From contig CAWBKB010000001.1 of assembly GCA_963789265.1 (NCBI GenBank), positions 704,001 to 768,000 on the forward strand: 64,000 bases of DNA, given 5' to 3'. The DNA is from an uncultured delta proteobacterium (GTDB taxonomy: Bacteria > Desulfobacterota > Desulfomonilia > Desulfomonilales > Desulfomonilaceae). Shown in pieces: positions 30,891 to 41,987 of this stretch. Made by a program: the position numbers and the translations under genes. Each line of letters begins with the position of its first letter. Within the stretch, counting starts at the first letter, position 1. The notes beneath the pieces are model-generated. The model ran no database searches, was not told where the DNA came from, and was given only the letters and a program-made list of their open reading frames with translations.

Positions 30891-31790
30891 ATGGACCGGG
30901 TAAGACACTTCTTGAGCCTGGCTGATTATTCGCGGGAGGATATTCTGGGTCTGCTCAATCGGGCTCGGGAGATGAAAAAGGGCATTCCCGGCAAAGGACC
31001 GGCTCGGCCGCTGGAGGGGCGCTCAATCGGAATGATATTTGAGAAGCCCTCCACACGCACCCGCGTCTCCTTCGATGTGGGCGTTCAGCAGCTTGGCGGT
31101 CATGCGATTTTCCTAAATTCGCGCGAAATACAGATCGGACGGGGCGAGCCCGTCAGCGACACCGCGCGAGTTTTGTCGAGGTATCTTGATGGAATCGTCA
31201 TTCGGACATTTGGCCATGAAATTCTGGAGGAGTTTGTGAAGTGGTCAACCGTGCCGATTATTAACGGACTTTCCGATTTGCTGCATCCCTGCCAGGTGCT
31301 CGGCGACCTACTCACGCTTCAGGAAGCTGGCATTGACATCAACAATATGAAAGCTTCTTGGGTCGGGGACGGAAATAACGTTGCAAACTCCTGGATCAAT
31401 GCCGCCGAACTGTTAGGATTCGAACTAGCTCTGGCATGCCCCGAAGGGTACGATCCCGAAGTAAAATCCAAGTCTGGAAGAGTTCGCGTCATGCGGGATC
31501 CCGTCGAAGCAGTTCGAGATGCCGACGTGATCTCGACTGATGTTTGGGCCTCAATGGGTCAGGAAGATCAAGTTCCTGAAAGGCAGCGAATATTCAAGAA
31601 TTATCAGGTGAATCTCACCCTGTTGGCGGATGCTGCACAGAAAGTTTACGTGCTGCATTGCCTTCCTGCGCACCGGGGCGAGGAAATTACCGATGAAGTT
31701 ATGGAATCGGATCACTCACTGATCTGGGATCAGGCGGAGAACAGACTTCACGTGCAGAAGGCAATATTGGAGATGTTGGTCGGAATGTGA
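30891..31790 (+). CDS. argF: Ornithine carbamoyltransferase
   Basis: STRTR, HPCQ, WASMG, HCLP. Confidence 0.97.
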   Translation: MDRVRHFLSLADYSREDILGLLNRAREMKKGIPGKGPARPLEGRSIGMIFEKPSTRTRVSFDVGVQQLGGHAIFLNSREIQIGRGEPVSDTARVLSRYLDGIVIRTFGHEILEEFVKWSTVPIINGLSDLLHPCQVLGDLLTLQEAGIDINNMKASWVGDGNNVANSWINAAELLGFELALACPEGYDPEVKSKSGRVRVMRDPVEAVRDADVISTDVWASMGQEDQVPERQRIFKNYQVNLTLLADAAQKVYVLHCLPAHRGEEITDEVMESDHSLIWDQAENRLHVQKAILEMLVGM

Positions 31791-31876
31791 ATCTCGGATT
31801 CCGTTTGAGGGAACTCGTCAGAGCCTATTGAGGGTTTGTCACCAGGTTGAATTCAGCCGTGAATCACGGAGGCTTC

Positions 31877-33091
31877 GTGAACGAAAAGAAGGTTAACAAA
31901 ATCGTATTGGCTTACTCGGGCGGCCTCGACACGTCCGTCATCCTACGATGGTTGATCGAGACTTATAACTGCCCCGTCGCGGCTTTTGCCGCGGATCTCG
32001 GGCAAGGGGAGGAATTGGCGCCCCTTGAGGAAAAAGCAAAGGCCACCGGAGCGGACTCCATCCACATTGCGGACTTAAGAGAGGAATTTGTCCGGGATTT
32101 TGTTTTTCCCATGTTGCGAGCCAATTCTGCTTACGAAGGCACCTACCTGCTCGGAACCTCGATCGCTCGGCCTTGTATAGCCAAGGCACAGATGGAGGTG
32201 GCCGCAAGGGAAAATGCGGATGCGGTGAGTCATGGCGCTACCGGAAAAGGGAACGACCAGGTTCGTTTCGAGTTGGCGTATCTGTCAATAAATCCTGAAA
32301 TCACAGTGATTGCTCCCTGGCGAGTTTGGAACATGCGTTCCAGATCGGACCTCATTTCTTATGCCCAGGCGAACGGGATACCGGTGACTTCAACTGCGGA
32401 GAAGCCGTACAGCATGGACCGAAATCTGTTCCATCTGAGCTTCGAAGGGGGAATATTGGAAGATCCGTGGGCAGAACCTCCGCGGGATATGTTTGTGCTG
32501 ACCGTAGATCCGAGGGACGCTCCGGACAGCCCGGAAGAGACCATCGTCACGTTTGAAGCCGGAAATCCGGTTGCAATCGACGGAAAGACTCTGTCTCCGG
32601 CAAAACTGTTGGCGCATCTCAATGTCATTGCCGGCCGCCATGGCGTGGGGCGAGTTGATATGGTGGAGAACCGCTACGTGGGGATGAAAAGCAGAGGAGT
32701 TTACGAAACTCCAGGCGGTACGATTCTGCATGTTGCCAGGCGTGCACTGGAATCCATCACACTCGACCGTGAAGTGATGCACTTGAAAGATGAGTGGATT
32801 CCTCGGTATGCAACACTTGTATATAACGGGTACTGGTTCGCTCCGGAACGGATGATGCTGCAAGCCGCGATCGACGAGGCTGCGGCCGCGGTTTTCGGGG
32901 ACGTGAGATTAAGACTCTATAAAGGAAGTGCTATTGTAACCGGGAGAAGATCGGATCGCTCATTGTATGATGAAAGATTCGCCACGTTCGAAGCGGACCG
33001 GGTCTATTCTCAGGCCGACGCGGACGGATTCATAAGACTCAATGCGTTGCGCCTGAGAATCCGCTCAATGATGCAACGTAAGAGAAGGTGA
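31877..33091 (+). CDS. argG: Argininosuccinate synthase
   Basis: [31 protein letters not shown]. Confidence 0.97.
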   Translation: MNEKKVNKIVLAYSGGLDTSVILRWLIETYNCPVAAFAADLGQGEELAPLEEKAKATGADSIHIADLREEFVRDFVFPMLRANSAYEGTYLLGTSIARPCIAKAQMEVAARENADAVSHGATGKGNDQVRFELAYLSINPEITVIAPWRVWNMRSRSDLISYAQANGIPVTSTAEKPYSMDRNLFHLSFEGGILEDPWAEPPRDMFVLTVDPRDAPDSPEETIVTFEAGNPVAIDGKTLSPAKLLAHLNVIAGRHGVGRVDMVENRYVGMKSRGVYETPGGTILHVARRALESITLDREVMHLKDEWIPRYATLVYNGYWFAPERMMLQAAIDEAAAAVFGDVRLRLYKGSAIVTGRRSDRSLYDERFATFEADRVYSQADADGFIRLNALRLRIRSMMQRKRR

Positions 33092-33140
33092 ACAGCGCGA
33101 CAAAGCAATTTATTGCTCGCGGATTGCGGCGGAGACGTGG

Positions 33141-34538
33141 ATGGTGAAACGGGTGCAAAACAAAGAGCATTCGGGATCTGGAAAACCTGCGGGCATCCGG
33201 AAAGGTCGCTTCGCGGCTTCGATGGACCCCGCGTTTGCCCGTTTCAATGCTTCCGTCTCCTTTGACAAGAGACTCTTGGAGTATGACATTGCCGGCAGCA
33301 TAGCTCACGTCAAAATGCTCGGCATGCAGGGAATCATATCTCCTGACGATGCCGGCACCATCGAAAGAGGCTTGTCTGAAGTCCTGCTGGACTTTCAGCA
33401 GGGGCGATTCGAATTTCGCGAAGACCTGGAAGATGTTCACATTAACGTTGAAGAGGCGTTGAAATCGAAGATCGGCGAAGTGGCAGGCAAGCTTCACACT
33501 GCGCGAAGTCGAAACGATCAGGTAGCGCTCGATCTTAAGCTCTATTTGAAGGATCAGAACGACCGGGTAAGAGCCGATCTTTTGTCTTTGATGGCTGCCC
33601 TCACGGACAAGAGCGAAGAGAATATTGATCTTATCATGCCGGGCTACACTCATCTTCAGCGAGCCCAACCGGTACGTCTCTCACATCACCTTATGGCTTA
33701 TTTCGAGATGTTTCACCGTGACTGGTTGCGCTTCACAGACACATTAGGGCGTACCGATGAAATGCCTCTGGGGTCCGCGGCCCTTGCCGGCGCCACCTTT
33801 GACATCGACCGGAAAGCAGTTGCAGATCATCTGGGATTCTCCCGGCTCAGTGCCAACTCCATTGATGCAGTTTCAGATAGAGATTTCGCGGCGGAATTCC
33901 TGTTTGATTCTTCTATGGCTATGCTGCATCTATCCCGGCTTGCCGAAGAGCTGATCATCTGGTCCTCCTCCGAGTTCGGCTTCTGCACGCTGCCTGATGC
34001 GTACTGCTCGGGTTCGAGTATCATGCCCCAGAAGAAGAACCCCGACGCGTGCGAGCTGATACGCGGCAAGACGGGACGCGTGTATGGACATCTTGTGGCC
34101 CTTTTGACAACCTTGAAGGCGCTTCCGCTCAGCTACAACAAAGATCTGCAGGAAGACAAGGAGCCGGTATTTGACGTTGTGGATACTCTGCGTGGATCGC
34201 TGGAAATTATGGCCGGTTTGATACGGGGGATTGAATTTCGGTCGGACGCGATGTTTGCCGCTGCATCCGACCCGTCAATGGCTGCAACCGACTTGGCTGA
34301 CCGACTGGTCCGGCAAGGGGTTCCTTTCAGAGAGGCGCATTCGAAAATAGGTGCCATGATTGGCGCGGGCTCGGCCATCGGGTCTCGTGACCATATTGAG
34401 GCCGGGTTGCCCACACCCGAGGAAATGGTTGAGGCGCGAAGTCACAAGGGCGGTACCTCTCGTGCACGGGTAATGGAACAGATTCAGGCTGCGCGGGCTT
34501 TCATGCGGGCTCAGGCCCACGGTCCTTGGAAGCGGTAA
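33141..34538 (+). CDS. argH: Argininosuccinate lyase
   Basis: HTARSRNDQ, PGYTHLQRAQP, GSSIMPQKKNPD. Confidence 0.96.
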   Translation: MVKRVQNKEHSGSGKPAGIRKGRFAASMDPAFARFNASVSFDKRLLEYDIAGSIAHVKMLGMQGIISPDDAGTIERGLSEVLLDFQQGRFEFREDLEDVHINVEEALKSKIGEVAGKLHTARSRNDQVALDLKLYLKDQNDRVRADLLSLMAALTDKSEENIDLIMPGYTHLQRAQPVRLSHHLMAYFEMFHRDWLRFTDTLGRTDEMPLGSAALAGATFDIDRKAVADHLGFSRLSANSIDAVSDRDFAAEFLFDSSMAMLHLSRLAEELIIWSSSEFGFCTLPDAYCSGSSIMPQKKNPDACELIRGKTGRVYGHLVALLTTLKALPLSYNKDLQEDKEPVFDVVDTLRGSLEIMAGLIRGIEFRSDAMFAAASDPSMAATDLADRLVRQGVPFREAHSKIGAMIGAGSAIGSRDHIEAGLPTPEEMVEARSHKGGTSRARVMEQIQAARAFMRAQAHGPWKR

Positions 34539-34558
34539 TACACGGGAAAGAAGAAGGG

Positions 34559-35605
34559 TTGACGAAGCGGTGGCGAGGAATCTCTTTGATTCTTATTGTC
34601 TCGTCTTTTCTCACCGGCTGCGGATACAAGACGAGCCCGCGGCCTGCCGCGGCCGCAATACCGGGAGATGTTGGTCTGGTTGAGGCCCGCGGCTATCCTG
34701 ATGAGGTGACTCTCAAATGGCACGTCCCCCTGTCGAATACTGATGGGTCTCTTGTGACCGACCTCTCAGGCTTCAAAGTCTACCGAACGGCCCAAAAGGT
34801 TGGCGAAGAGTGCGAAAATTGTGAAGAAAAGAAGAAAATGTACGCAAACGTGGATTTCCAGAACCCGACTAACGCAGTTATAAACAAAGGAGAAGTCTTG
34901 TATGCCGATAAAGGGGTGACGCCCGGCAACATTTACTCTTATCATGTAGGCGCTTACAATTTAAGGGGTCGGGAAGGGCCGGAAAGCCAGGTTGTGACGG
35001 TAGTTTATGACAAGCTTCCTCCCGCACCGGAGGGCTTGCGGGGCGGGGTCCGTGCCGGTGCGGTGACTCTAGAGTGGACAGCGCCCGCTCAAACGGCGGA
35101 AATCGAAGGTTACCTGGTCTATAGGGGAATTACCGATAAACCTGGTGAGATGAAGGTCGTCGGCGGCACGAAGAAGAATGAGACCGCCTATATAGACAAG
35201 GATGTGGAAAAGGAAAAGACATACTATTACCTTGTGAGGTCGTTCGAAGTTAACCGAGGCGTTTCACTGGAATCCAGTCCATCCACTGTGGTAAAAATGT
35301 CTGTGCCGTCCGTTCAATGGAAACCTCCCGAGAACATCAATACGGTTGCAACTCCGGATGAAATACGCATTTGGTGGGATAAAGTGAAAATCCCGAATGA
35401 GGAGACTCGTTACAATATTTATCGGCGCGAAGCTGGCAATATGTTTATCAAGATTAACTCGAAGCCCCTTAGCGATCCTTGGTACGACGACAGGGACGTG
35501 CGTAAAGGCGTCACATACCGATATGCCGTTACTGCGTTTCCCGCTGGAAGACCCGAGGAAGAATCGCGGAAGGCAGGTTCCGAGGCCGTCAAATTCCGTC
35601 CGTAG
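34559..35605 (+). CDS. Lipoprotein with three fibronectin type III-like domains
   Basis: Lipobox LTGC; repeated LxW...Y.VYR...Y.D..V..G..Y.Y.V units. Confidence 0.85.
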   Translation: MTKRWRGISLILIVSSFLTGCGYKTSPRPAAAAIPGDVGLVEARGYPDEVTLKWHVPLSNTDGSLVTDLSGFKVYRTAQKVGEECENCEEKKKMYANVDFQNPTNAVINKGEVLYADKGVTPGNIYSYHVGAYNLRGREGPESQVVTVVYDKLPPAPEGLRGGVRAGAVTLEWTAPAQTAEIEGYLVYRGITDKPGEMKVVGGTKKNETAYIDKDVEKEKTYYYLVRSFEVNRGVSLESSPSTVVKMSVPSVQWKPPENINTVATPDEIRIWWDKVKIPNEETRYNIYRREAGNMFIKINSKPLSDPWYDDRDVRKGVTYRYAVTAFPAGRPEEESRKAGSEAVKFRP

Positions 35606-35617
35606 TCGGAAGTGTAG

Positions 35618-36901
35618 ATGCATCATTTTCATTACGTTAATGAGGAACTTTACTGCGAAGATGTCCCCATAAGCCGAATTTGTCGGGATGTGGGCACTCC
35701 TCTGTTCGTGTACAGTCGAGAGACTCTGGAAAGGCACTTCAAGATCTTTCAAGAGCCTTTTCAGTCGGTAGATCATCTGATCTGCTATTCAATGAAGGCT
35801 TGTTCCAACCTGGCAATTCTCAGGATATTCGCCAACCTGGGAGGAGGTCTGGACATTGTTTCCGGCGGCGAGCTCTACCGAGCGTTGAAAGCCGGCGTCG
35901 ATCCGTCACGGGTGGTCTACTCAGGCGTGGGCAAGAAAGCCTCCGAAATGGATGAAGCCCTGACCGCTGACATCCTTCTGTTTAACGTCGAGTCGGAAGA
36001 GGAATTAAGCCTTTTGGATCGGCGAGCCCGTGCCCTTGGGAAACGAGCCCGCATAGCGTTACGCGTCAATCCGGACGTGGATCCGCTGACTCATCCTTAC
36101 ATCTCTACCGGCTTGAAAAAGAACAAGTTCGGAATCGACGTGGAACGATCTGTCGAGCTTTACCGCGAAGCCCTCCGCATGGACGGAATCGAACCTCTGG
36201 GTGTAGACTGTCATATCGGCAGCCAGGTCATGGAATTGGCGCCGTTTCTGGATGCTATTGACCGAATTAAAGAATTAATTGAAATTTTACGTGCCGACAA
36301 TGTTGAAGTTCAGTATCTGGATATAGGTGGCGGCCTTGGCATCCCTTATGATGACCAGGAGGCTCCGCCGCTGCCGGCTGCTTATGGAGCAGCCATTCTT
36401 CAGCGCCTGGAAGGTATGAACTTGACATTGATACTGGAACCGGGGCGCCTGTTGGTGGGGAATGCCGGCATCTTGGTCACCGAAGTTCTCTATCAGAAAC
36501 AGGGTCCGGACAAGAAATTCGTCATCGTGGATGCTGCCATGAACGATTTGATTCGTCCGAGCCTTTACGATGCATACCATTCAGTGTGGAAAGTGTCCAA
36601 AAACCGAGCCCGGACAACTCGCCGCAAGCGGATCATCGCAGACCTGGTGGGTCCAATCTGCGAGTCAGGGGACTTCTTGGCGCAGTCAAGAGAAATCGAG
36701 CCCGTTGAGTCGGGTGAATTGCTGGCGCTCATGAGTGCCGGCGCCTACGGCTTTTCCATGTCCTCAAACTACAACTCACGCCCAAGAGCAGCCGAGGTCC
36801 TTGTTGAGAAGGACAAATACTTCGTTATCCGGGATCGGGAAAGTTACGAGGATCTGATTCGAGGAGAACGAATACCCCGGAAGTTCTCCAAATCCCGCTA
36901 A
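35618..36901 (+). CDS. lysA: Diaminopimelate decarboxylase
   Basis: YSMKA, HIGSQ, EPGR, GPICESGD, MSSNYN. Confidence 0.97.
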   Translation: MHHFHYVNEELYCEDVPISRICRDVGTPLFVYSRETLERHFKIFQEPFQSVDHLICYSMKACSNLAILRIFANLGGGLDIVSGGELYRALKAGVDPSRVVYSGVGKKASEMDEALTADILLFNVESEEELSLLDRRARALGKRARIALRVNPDVDPLTHPYISTGLKKNKFGIDVERSVELYREALRMDGIEPLGVDCHIGSQVMELAPFLDAIDRIKELIEILRADNVEVQYLDIGGGLGIPYDDQEAPPLPAAYGAAILQRLEGMNLTLILEPGRLLVGNAGILVTEVLYQKQGPDKKFVIVDAAMNDLIRPSLYDAYHSVWKVSKNRARTTRRKRIIADLVGPICESGDFLAQSREIEPVESGELLALMSAGAYGFSMSSNYNSRPRAAEVLVEKDKYFVIRDRESYEDLIRGERIPRKFSKSR

Positions 36902-36912
36902 AGGAGCAGAGG

Positions 36913-37785
36913 ATGTTTTCAGGAACCTTTACCGCCATAGTGACACCGTTCAAAAACGGCCGAGTAGATGAAGCGGCTCTTAGGGAATTGATCCGCTTCG
37001 GTATTGACGGAGGGGTGAGTGGATTCGTCCCCTGCGGCACAACTGGAGAATCCCCTGCCCTGAGCCATGAAGAGCACAACCGTGTCATCGAGCTTACGGT
37101 CAAAGAGGTGGCCGGCCAGGTCAAGGTGATCGCAGGGACGGGCTCAAACAGCACCCAAGAGGCGATATCTCTAACGCGCCACGCCAAGTCGGTGGGCGCG
37201 GATGCAGCGTTGATGGTTTCGCCTTACTACAACAAGCCGACACAAGAAGGATTGTATCAACATTTCAAGGCCGTTGCCGAGGCCGTTGATATTCCCATCA
37301 TCCTCTACAACATTCAGGGACGAACGGCAGTCAACATAGAAAACCGGACCGTGGAACGACTCGCCGGAATCCCGAACATCGTCGGAGTTAAAGAGGCGTC
37401 CGGGTCCATACTCCAGATGAGCGAAGTCCTCAGGCTTTGCGGGTCGGGATTTGACGTTTTGTCGGGAGACGACCAGATGACGTTCCCTCTGATGGCCCTT
37501 GGAGGAAAGGGCGTTGTCTCGGTTGTGTCTAATATTGCACCCGAGAAAATGTCATCCATGGTGAACGCTATGTTGGCGGCCGAAGTTGAGAAAGGTCGCG
37601 CCATGCATTTTGATATCTTCGAGCTGAGCCAGGCGATGATGATAGAGACCAACCCGATTCCTGTTAAGACTGCGCTGGGACTTATGGGCAAGATTCAACC
37701 GGAGTTCCGTCTTCCTCTCTGCCCTCCGTCCGAAACTAATCTCGAGAAACTGAAGACCGTCCTGGAGAAGTACGGGATTCTTTAG
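36913..37785 (+). CDS. dapA: 4-hydroxy-tetrahydrodipicolinate synthase
   Basis: GTTGES, PYYNKP, LYNI..R, GVKEAS, NPIPVK. Confidence 0.97.
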   Translation: MFSGTFTAIVTPFKNGRVDEAALRELIRFGIDGGVSGFVPCGTTGESPALSHEEHNRVIELTVKEVAGQVKVIAGTGSNSTQEAISLTRHAKSVGADAALMVSPYYNKPTQEGLYQHFKAVAEAVDIPIILYNIQGRTAVNIENRTVERLAGIPNIVGVKEASGSILQMSEVLRLCGSGFDVLSGDDQMTFPLMALGGKGVVSVVSNIAPEKMSSMVNAMLAAEVEKGRAMHFDIFELSQAMMIETNPIPVKTALGLMGKIQPEFRLPLCPPSETNLEKLKTVLEKYGIL

Positions 37786-37798
37786 AATGGAGTCAAGG

Positions 37799-38602
37799 AT
37801 GAAAATTGCCGTCAGCGGAGCCGCGGGCAGAATGGGCAAAAGGATCCTTGCCTTGGCTCACGAGCATTCGGATATCGAGATCGCAGGTGCGCTGGAACAC
37901 CCCGAGCATCCGGCGATTGGTAGCGATGCCGGTGAGACCGCGGGCATTGGACATATTGGTGTTCCCATCAGCACCGACGTCAAGGCAGTGCTGGAAAAAT
38001 GTGACGCCCTGGTTGAATTCTCCGCTCCGGCGGTCTCTGTTGAGCATGCCAAGGCGGCCGCGGCCGCGGGAAAGGCTATTGTGGTCGGCACCACGGGCTT
38101 TTCAGAGGACCAAAAGCAGGATCTCTCACAGGTGGGGATTCGGACGCGATGTCTTGTATCTCCTAACATGAGCATGGGGGTCAACCTATTGTTCAGTATA
38201 ACAGAGAAGGTTGCCCGTGCCCTGAGTTCCGGATACGACGTGGAAATTATAGAAGCGCATCACAGAATGAAAAAAGATGCCCCAAGCGGTACAGCGGACA
38301 AGCTGGCTCAGATAGTTGCAAAGACACTCGGAAGAGACCTGAAGGATGCCGGCACTTACGGCAGACATGGTATCATAGGGGAGCGCAAACCGCACGAGAT
38401 AGGCATAATGGCCATCCGTGGGGGAGACATCGTTGGTGACCACACAGTGATGTTCGTTACGAACGGCGAGCGCATAGAGTTGACTCACAGGCTTCACAGC
38501 AGGGATGCATTGGCCAATGGCGCAATTCAAGCCGCTCTGTGGTTGGTTGCTCGCCCAAACGGGCTATATGACATGCTGGATGTATTGGGCCTGAAGGCAT
38601 AG
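37799..38602 (+). CDS. dapB: 4-hydroxy-tetrahydrodipicolinate reductase
   Basis: GAAGRMG, GTTG, EAHHRMKKDAPSGTA. Confidence 0.97.
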   Translation: MKIAVSGAAGRMGKRILALAHEHSDIEIAGALEHPEHPAIGSDAGETAGIGHIGVPISTDVKAVLEKCDALVEFSAPAVSVEHAKAAAAAGKAIVVGTTGFSEDQKQDLSQVGIRTRCLVSPNMSMGVNLLFSITEKVARALSSGYDVEIIEAHHRMKKDAPSGTADKLAQIVAKTLGRDLKDAGTYGRHGIIGERKPHEIGIMAIRGGDIVGDHTVMFVTNGERIELTHRLHSRDALANGAIQAALWLVARPNGLYDMLDVLGLKA

Positions 38603-38604
38603 CA

Positions 38605-39348
38605 ATGAGACTAGCGAGGTTTGCAGTCAATAATCAGGTTTTTCGCGGTCGCCTCGAGGGAGAGAAGCTTTTCCCGATTGAGGAAGGTGCCTTTTCGGGT
38701 GAGTTCTCTTTGGAGCAGGTCAAGTTGTTGCCACCTTCGCTTCCCACCAAAATTGTGGCTATTGGCCTGAACTATCGCGATCATGCCGAAGAAGTAAAAT
38801 TACCGCTCCCTGACGAACCTCTTCTCTTCCTTAAGCCGCCATCCAGTGTGATCGGTCCCGGCGATCGGATTGTCTTGCCGGCTCAAAGCGCACGCGTGGA
38901 TTATGAGGCGGAATTGGCAATCGTCATCGCAAAGACTGCCAAGCACGTGTCGCGAGATGCCGCGCACGAGTACATTCTGGGCTACACCTGTCTCAACGAC
39001 GTCACCGCCCGCGATTTGCAAACCAAGGACGGCCAATGGACCAGATCCAAGGGCTTCGATACCTTCTGTCCCGTAGGTCCATGGATCGAGACTGCTGTAG
39101 ATCCTTCAGATCTCAAGATCGAACTTTTTCTAAATGGAGTGCGCAAGCAAGAATCGCGAACTTCCAACCTCATTTTTGACTCTTATAGTCTTGTGGAATT
39201 TATTTCCAATGTCATGACCCTTCTGCCCGGCGATTTAATCGCCACCGGGACCACGTCGGGAATAGGTCCCATGAAAGCGGGTGATGATGTTGAGGTTCGA
39301 ATAGAGGGGATAGGGTCGCTGAAAAATGTTGTCGTCGGCAGCACCTGA
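38605..39348 (+). CDS. Fumarylacetoacetate hydrolase family protein
   Basis: IGLNYRDH, DYEAEL, NDVTARD, KGFDTF. Confidence 0.93.
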   Translation: MRLARFAVNNQVFRGRLEGEKLFPIEEGAFSGEFSLEQVKLLPPSLPTKIVAIGLNYRDHAEEVKLPLPDEPLLFLKPPSSVIGPGDRIVLPAQSARVDYEAELAIVIAKTAKHVSRDAAHEYILGYTCLNDVTARDLQTKDGQWTRSKGFDTFCPVGPWIETAVDPSDLKIELFLNGVRKQESRTSNLIFDSYSLVEFISNVMTLLPGDLIATGTTSGIGPMKAGDDVEVRIEGIGSLKNVVVGST

Positions 39349-39870
39349 TGAGTCCTAATGCTTATATTGCCTTTGGTTCCAACCTTGGGGATCGCGAGCT
39401 AAAGTACCGGGAAGCCTTGGCCGCTCTGGCCGAGCTTCTGGTCACAACCGTTAGGAAGCACTCCGGGCTTTACGAAACCGAGCCGGTAGCTCTCACGGAC
39501 AACGGTTTGAAGTTTCTCAACGCGGCTGTGGCCCTGAAGACCGATCTCTCCCCGGTCGAACTGATGAAGATGTTGCGTGTCATTGAACTCAATCTCGGGA
39601 AGTCGCCCACTCATCGAAGTGACTTGTCTCGGGTCATTGACCTGGATCTGCTTTTGTACGAAGACCTCCGCATTTCCGGGGACGGATTGGAAATTCCGCA
39701 TCCAAGAATGCACCATCGGGCATTCGTGTTGGTGCCGTTGAGTGAGATACGCGGCTGAGGCCGTGCACCCGGTGCTGGGATGCGCCGTTGGAAGGCTCCT
39801 GGATCTCCTGCCTTCTTCAGAGCGGGCGAAGTGTGTACCGTGGCCCTCCTGCGGGCCCGGCGGGAACTGA
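39348..39870 (+). CDS. folK: 6-hydroxymethyl-7,8-dihydropterin pyrophosphokinase, apparent frameshift at ~39750
   Basis: GSNLGDR, YETEP, FLNA, RVIDLDLL, PHPRM..RAFVLVPL; the conserved 'HPVLG' tail lies in the next frame. Confidence 0.9.
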
Positions 39871-39871
39871 C

Positions 39872-40141
39872 ATGTTTATCGTAAGATTTTTCCTGGTAGT
39901 GCTCCTGACGTGTATGGTGCTCAAGATCTTGTCTATGGTAGGCCGGTACCTGGGGTCTCAGTTCGGAGCACCTCAAGTCAAGGCCGATAATAGTCCGACA
40001 GGAATCAAGGAGATGGTCCGCGATCCCGTGTGCGGCCTGTATATTCCCGGCGATGGGGCCGTCGGATTGATCGACGACGGCAAGGTCATTCACTTCTGCT
40101 CGGAAGAGTGCCGACAAAAGTTTATCAATAATCAGAAATGA
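39872..40141 (+). CDS. Membrane-anchored YHS/TRASH-domain protein
   Basis: N-terminal TM; MVRDPVCGLYI...FCSEECR. Confidence 0.85.
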   Translation: MFIVRFFLVVLLTCMVLKILSMVGRYLGSQFGAPQVKADNSPTGIKEMVRDPVCGLYIPGDGAVGLIDDGKVIHFCSEECRQKFINNQK

Positions 40142-40148
40142 CAGTCAG

Positions 40149-41681
40149 ATGGCTATCCTCACAGAAGGTGCAAAAATACTTATCGCTGACGATTCCGAGA
40201 TTCTGAACAACATGCTGAAGGACGTGTTCGAGGAGAACGGCTTTGAGGTGGTACAAGCTTTCAATGGAATTGAGTGCAAGAGCGTCTTTCTCCAACACCA
40301 GCCCGACGTGGCCTTTGTCGATGTGCAGATGCCAAAGATAGACGGTATCGAAGTGCTTCGTTATATAAAAGAACGGTCACCGCGCACCATTGTAGTGATG
40401 ATGACCGGCTCTGGTAACGAGGAAACCGCTGTCAAAGCCATGAAACTGGGGGCAGATGAATATTTGAGCAAGCCCTTCCCCACGGTGGAAGTAGTGGCGC
40501 TGGCTACCAGACTTCTGGAAGATCGCCATGCGGGCGAATTGAACGTCAAGCAAAACAACAAAACCCGTCGTAGCGAGCGACACCTCGCGCATTTAACCAC
40601 AATCATCAACGAAGCGCTGATAACGACCGATCCGGCAGGCCGAATCCAGTTTGTCAACAATGCAGTGTCCAATCTATGGGGATATTCTGCCGAGGAGCTG
40701 CAAGGCAAGGACATACATTTTCTGATCCGCGGGGAGGGCAATACCCTTCTCTACAGGGATTTGGTGAAGGATAGCATCCATGACGGGAAGATCGAAGGGG
40801 AATTTCACTTCAGGAGAAAGGACAAAGGTTCCTTCCCGGGTTATCTGTCTACTTCCGTGATTAAGGAAAGTGGACGCATCACAGGGATCGTGATCGTCGT
40901 GGCAGACCTGACCCGACTCTATGAGGTGGAGCGAAGGCTCAAGCAAACGGAGAAACTGGCTTCGTTGGGCAAAGTGGTGGAGGGAATCGCCCATGAGGTT
41001 AGGAATTGCCTGACTTCTTTAGGAGGATTTGCCCTTCGTCTGCAAAGGATCACGTCGGGCGATCCGCTTTGCGGCAAATACACCGGTATCATGCTGAATG
41101 ATGTATCCCGCCTGGAACAGATGGTCAAAGACATTGAGGACTACGTTCGCTTCTCCAAGTTTTATACATATCATTTCGACAAGACCGAGCTTGTCCCGAT
41201 AATGAAACGGGCGCGTGATAAGTCGGCTCAAATGCTTTCAGCAGATACAACTGCGGCGGTGTCGTTCATATTGAAGGCCGATGCCGCCCTTCCTCTTATC
41301 TACGCAGACCCGGTCGCTCTGGAAGAGGTTTTTTACAATCTTATTCTAAACGCATACGAAGCTATGCCCCGAGGGGGGAGACTGAAAGTAACCCTCACAA
41401 AGCTGCCGTCAGCCGTATCGGTCTCGGTTTCCGACACAGGGGTGGGAATTCGCAGCGAAGACCTCTCCGATATCTTCAACCCCTTTGTCAGTTCCAAGAC
41501 CGCTGGAGCGGGAATGGGGCTTTGCAAGGTGTATCTTCTTGTCGAAGAACATCGAGGAATCGTGAATGTGACTTCTCAGCTCAATAAGGGAACCACTTTC
41601 GAGGTTCTCCTGCCGGTGGAAAGGCTCCTGACCGGACTGTTTCCCTGGGAGGTCGCATCACCCGGAGGGTACTTCAAATAG
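40149..41681 (+). CDS. Receiver-PAS-histidine kinase
   Basis: IADDS/DVQMP/KPF receiver; PAS; IAHEVRN H-box; N/G boxes. Confidence 0.93.
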   Translation: MAILTEGAKILIADDSEILNNMLKDVFEENGFEVVQAFNGIECKSVFLQHQPDVAFVDVQMPKIDGIEVLRYIKERSPRTIVVMMTGSGNEETAVKAMKLGADEYLSKPFPTVEVVALATRLLEDRHAGELNVKQNNKTRRSERHLAHLTTIINEALITTDPAGRIQFVNNAVSNLWGYSAEELQGKDIHFLIRGEGNTLLYRDLVKDSIHDGKIEGEFHFRRKDKGSFPGYLSTSVIKESGRITGIVIVVADLTRLYEVERRLKQTEKLASLGKVVEGIAHEVRNCLTSLGGFALRLQRITSGDPLCGKYTGIMLNDVSRLEQMVKDIEDYVRFSKFYTYHFDKTELVPIMKRARDKSAQMLSADTTAAVSFILKADAALPLIYADPVALEEVFYNLILNAYEAMPRGGRLKVTLTKLPSAVSVSVSDTGVGIRSEDLSDIFNPFVSSKTAGAGMGLCKVYLLVEEHRGIVNVTSQLNKGTTFEVLLPVERLLTGLFPWEVASPGGYFK

Positions 41682-41724
41682 CATCCTTCGATAGAAACAA
41701 GGGCTAGGAAAAGGGTCCCGGCGA

Positions 41725-41987
41725 CATAGGCGTTAAAATAGCGAGCCTGCCCTCTGTGAGCCCTGGAGGGGCTCAATGATAGTAGCCCGGCAATTCATTG
41801 CCGGGTGGGCGATAAGCAATGATTCAACCTTCGTCCCCGTGGGGCGCCCGAAGGATGCATCCTTCGGGCGCCCCACGGGGACGAAGAAAAGTCTCTTGGC
41901 GGTTCATTCCCGGCGATAAATCGCCGGGCTATTATCAGGATGTCCCTCCGGGACGAAAAGGACTCGAAGCTTATTTTAACGCCTATG
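41725..41987. mobile_element. MITE with 16-bp perfect TIRs and 11-bp target duplication
   Basis: CATAGGCGTTAAAATA...TATTTTAACGCCTATG; flanks ggtcccggcga/ggtcccaccga; long internal palindrome. Confidence 0.85.
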
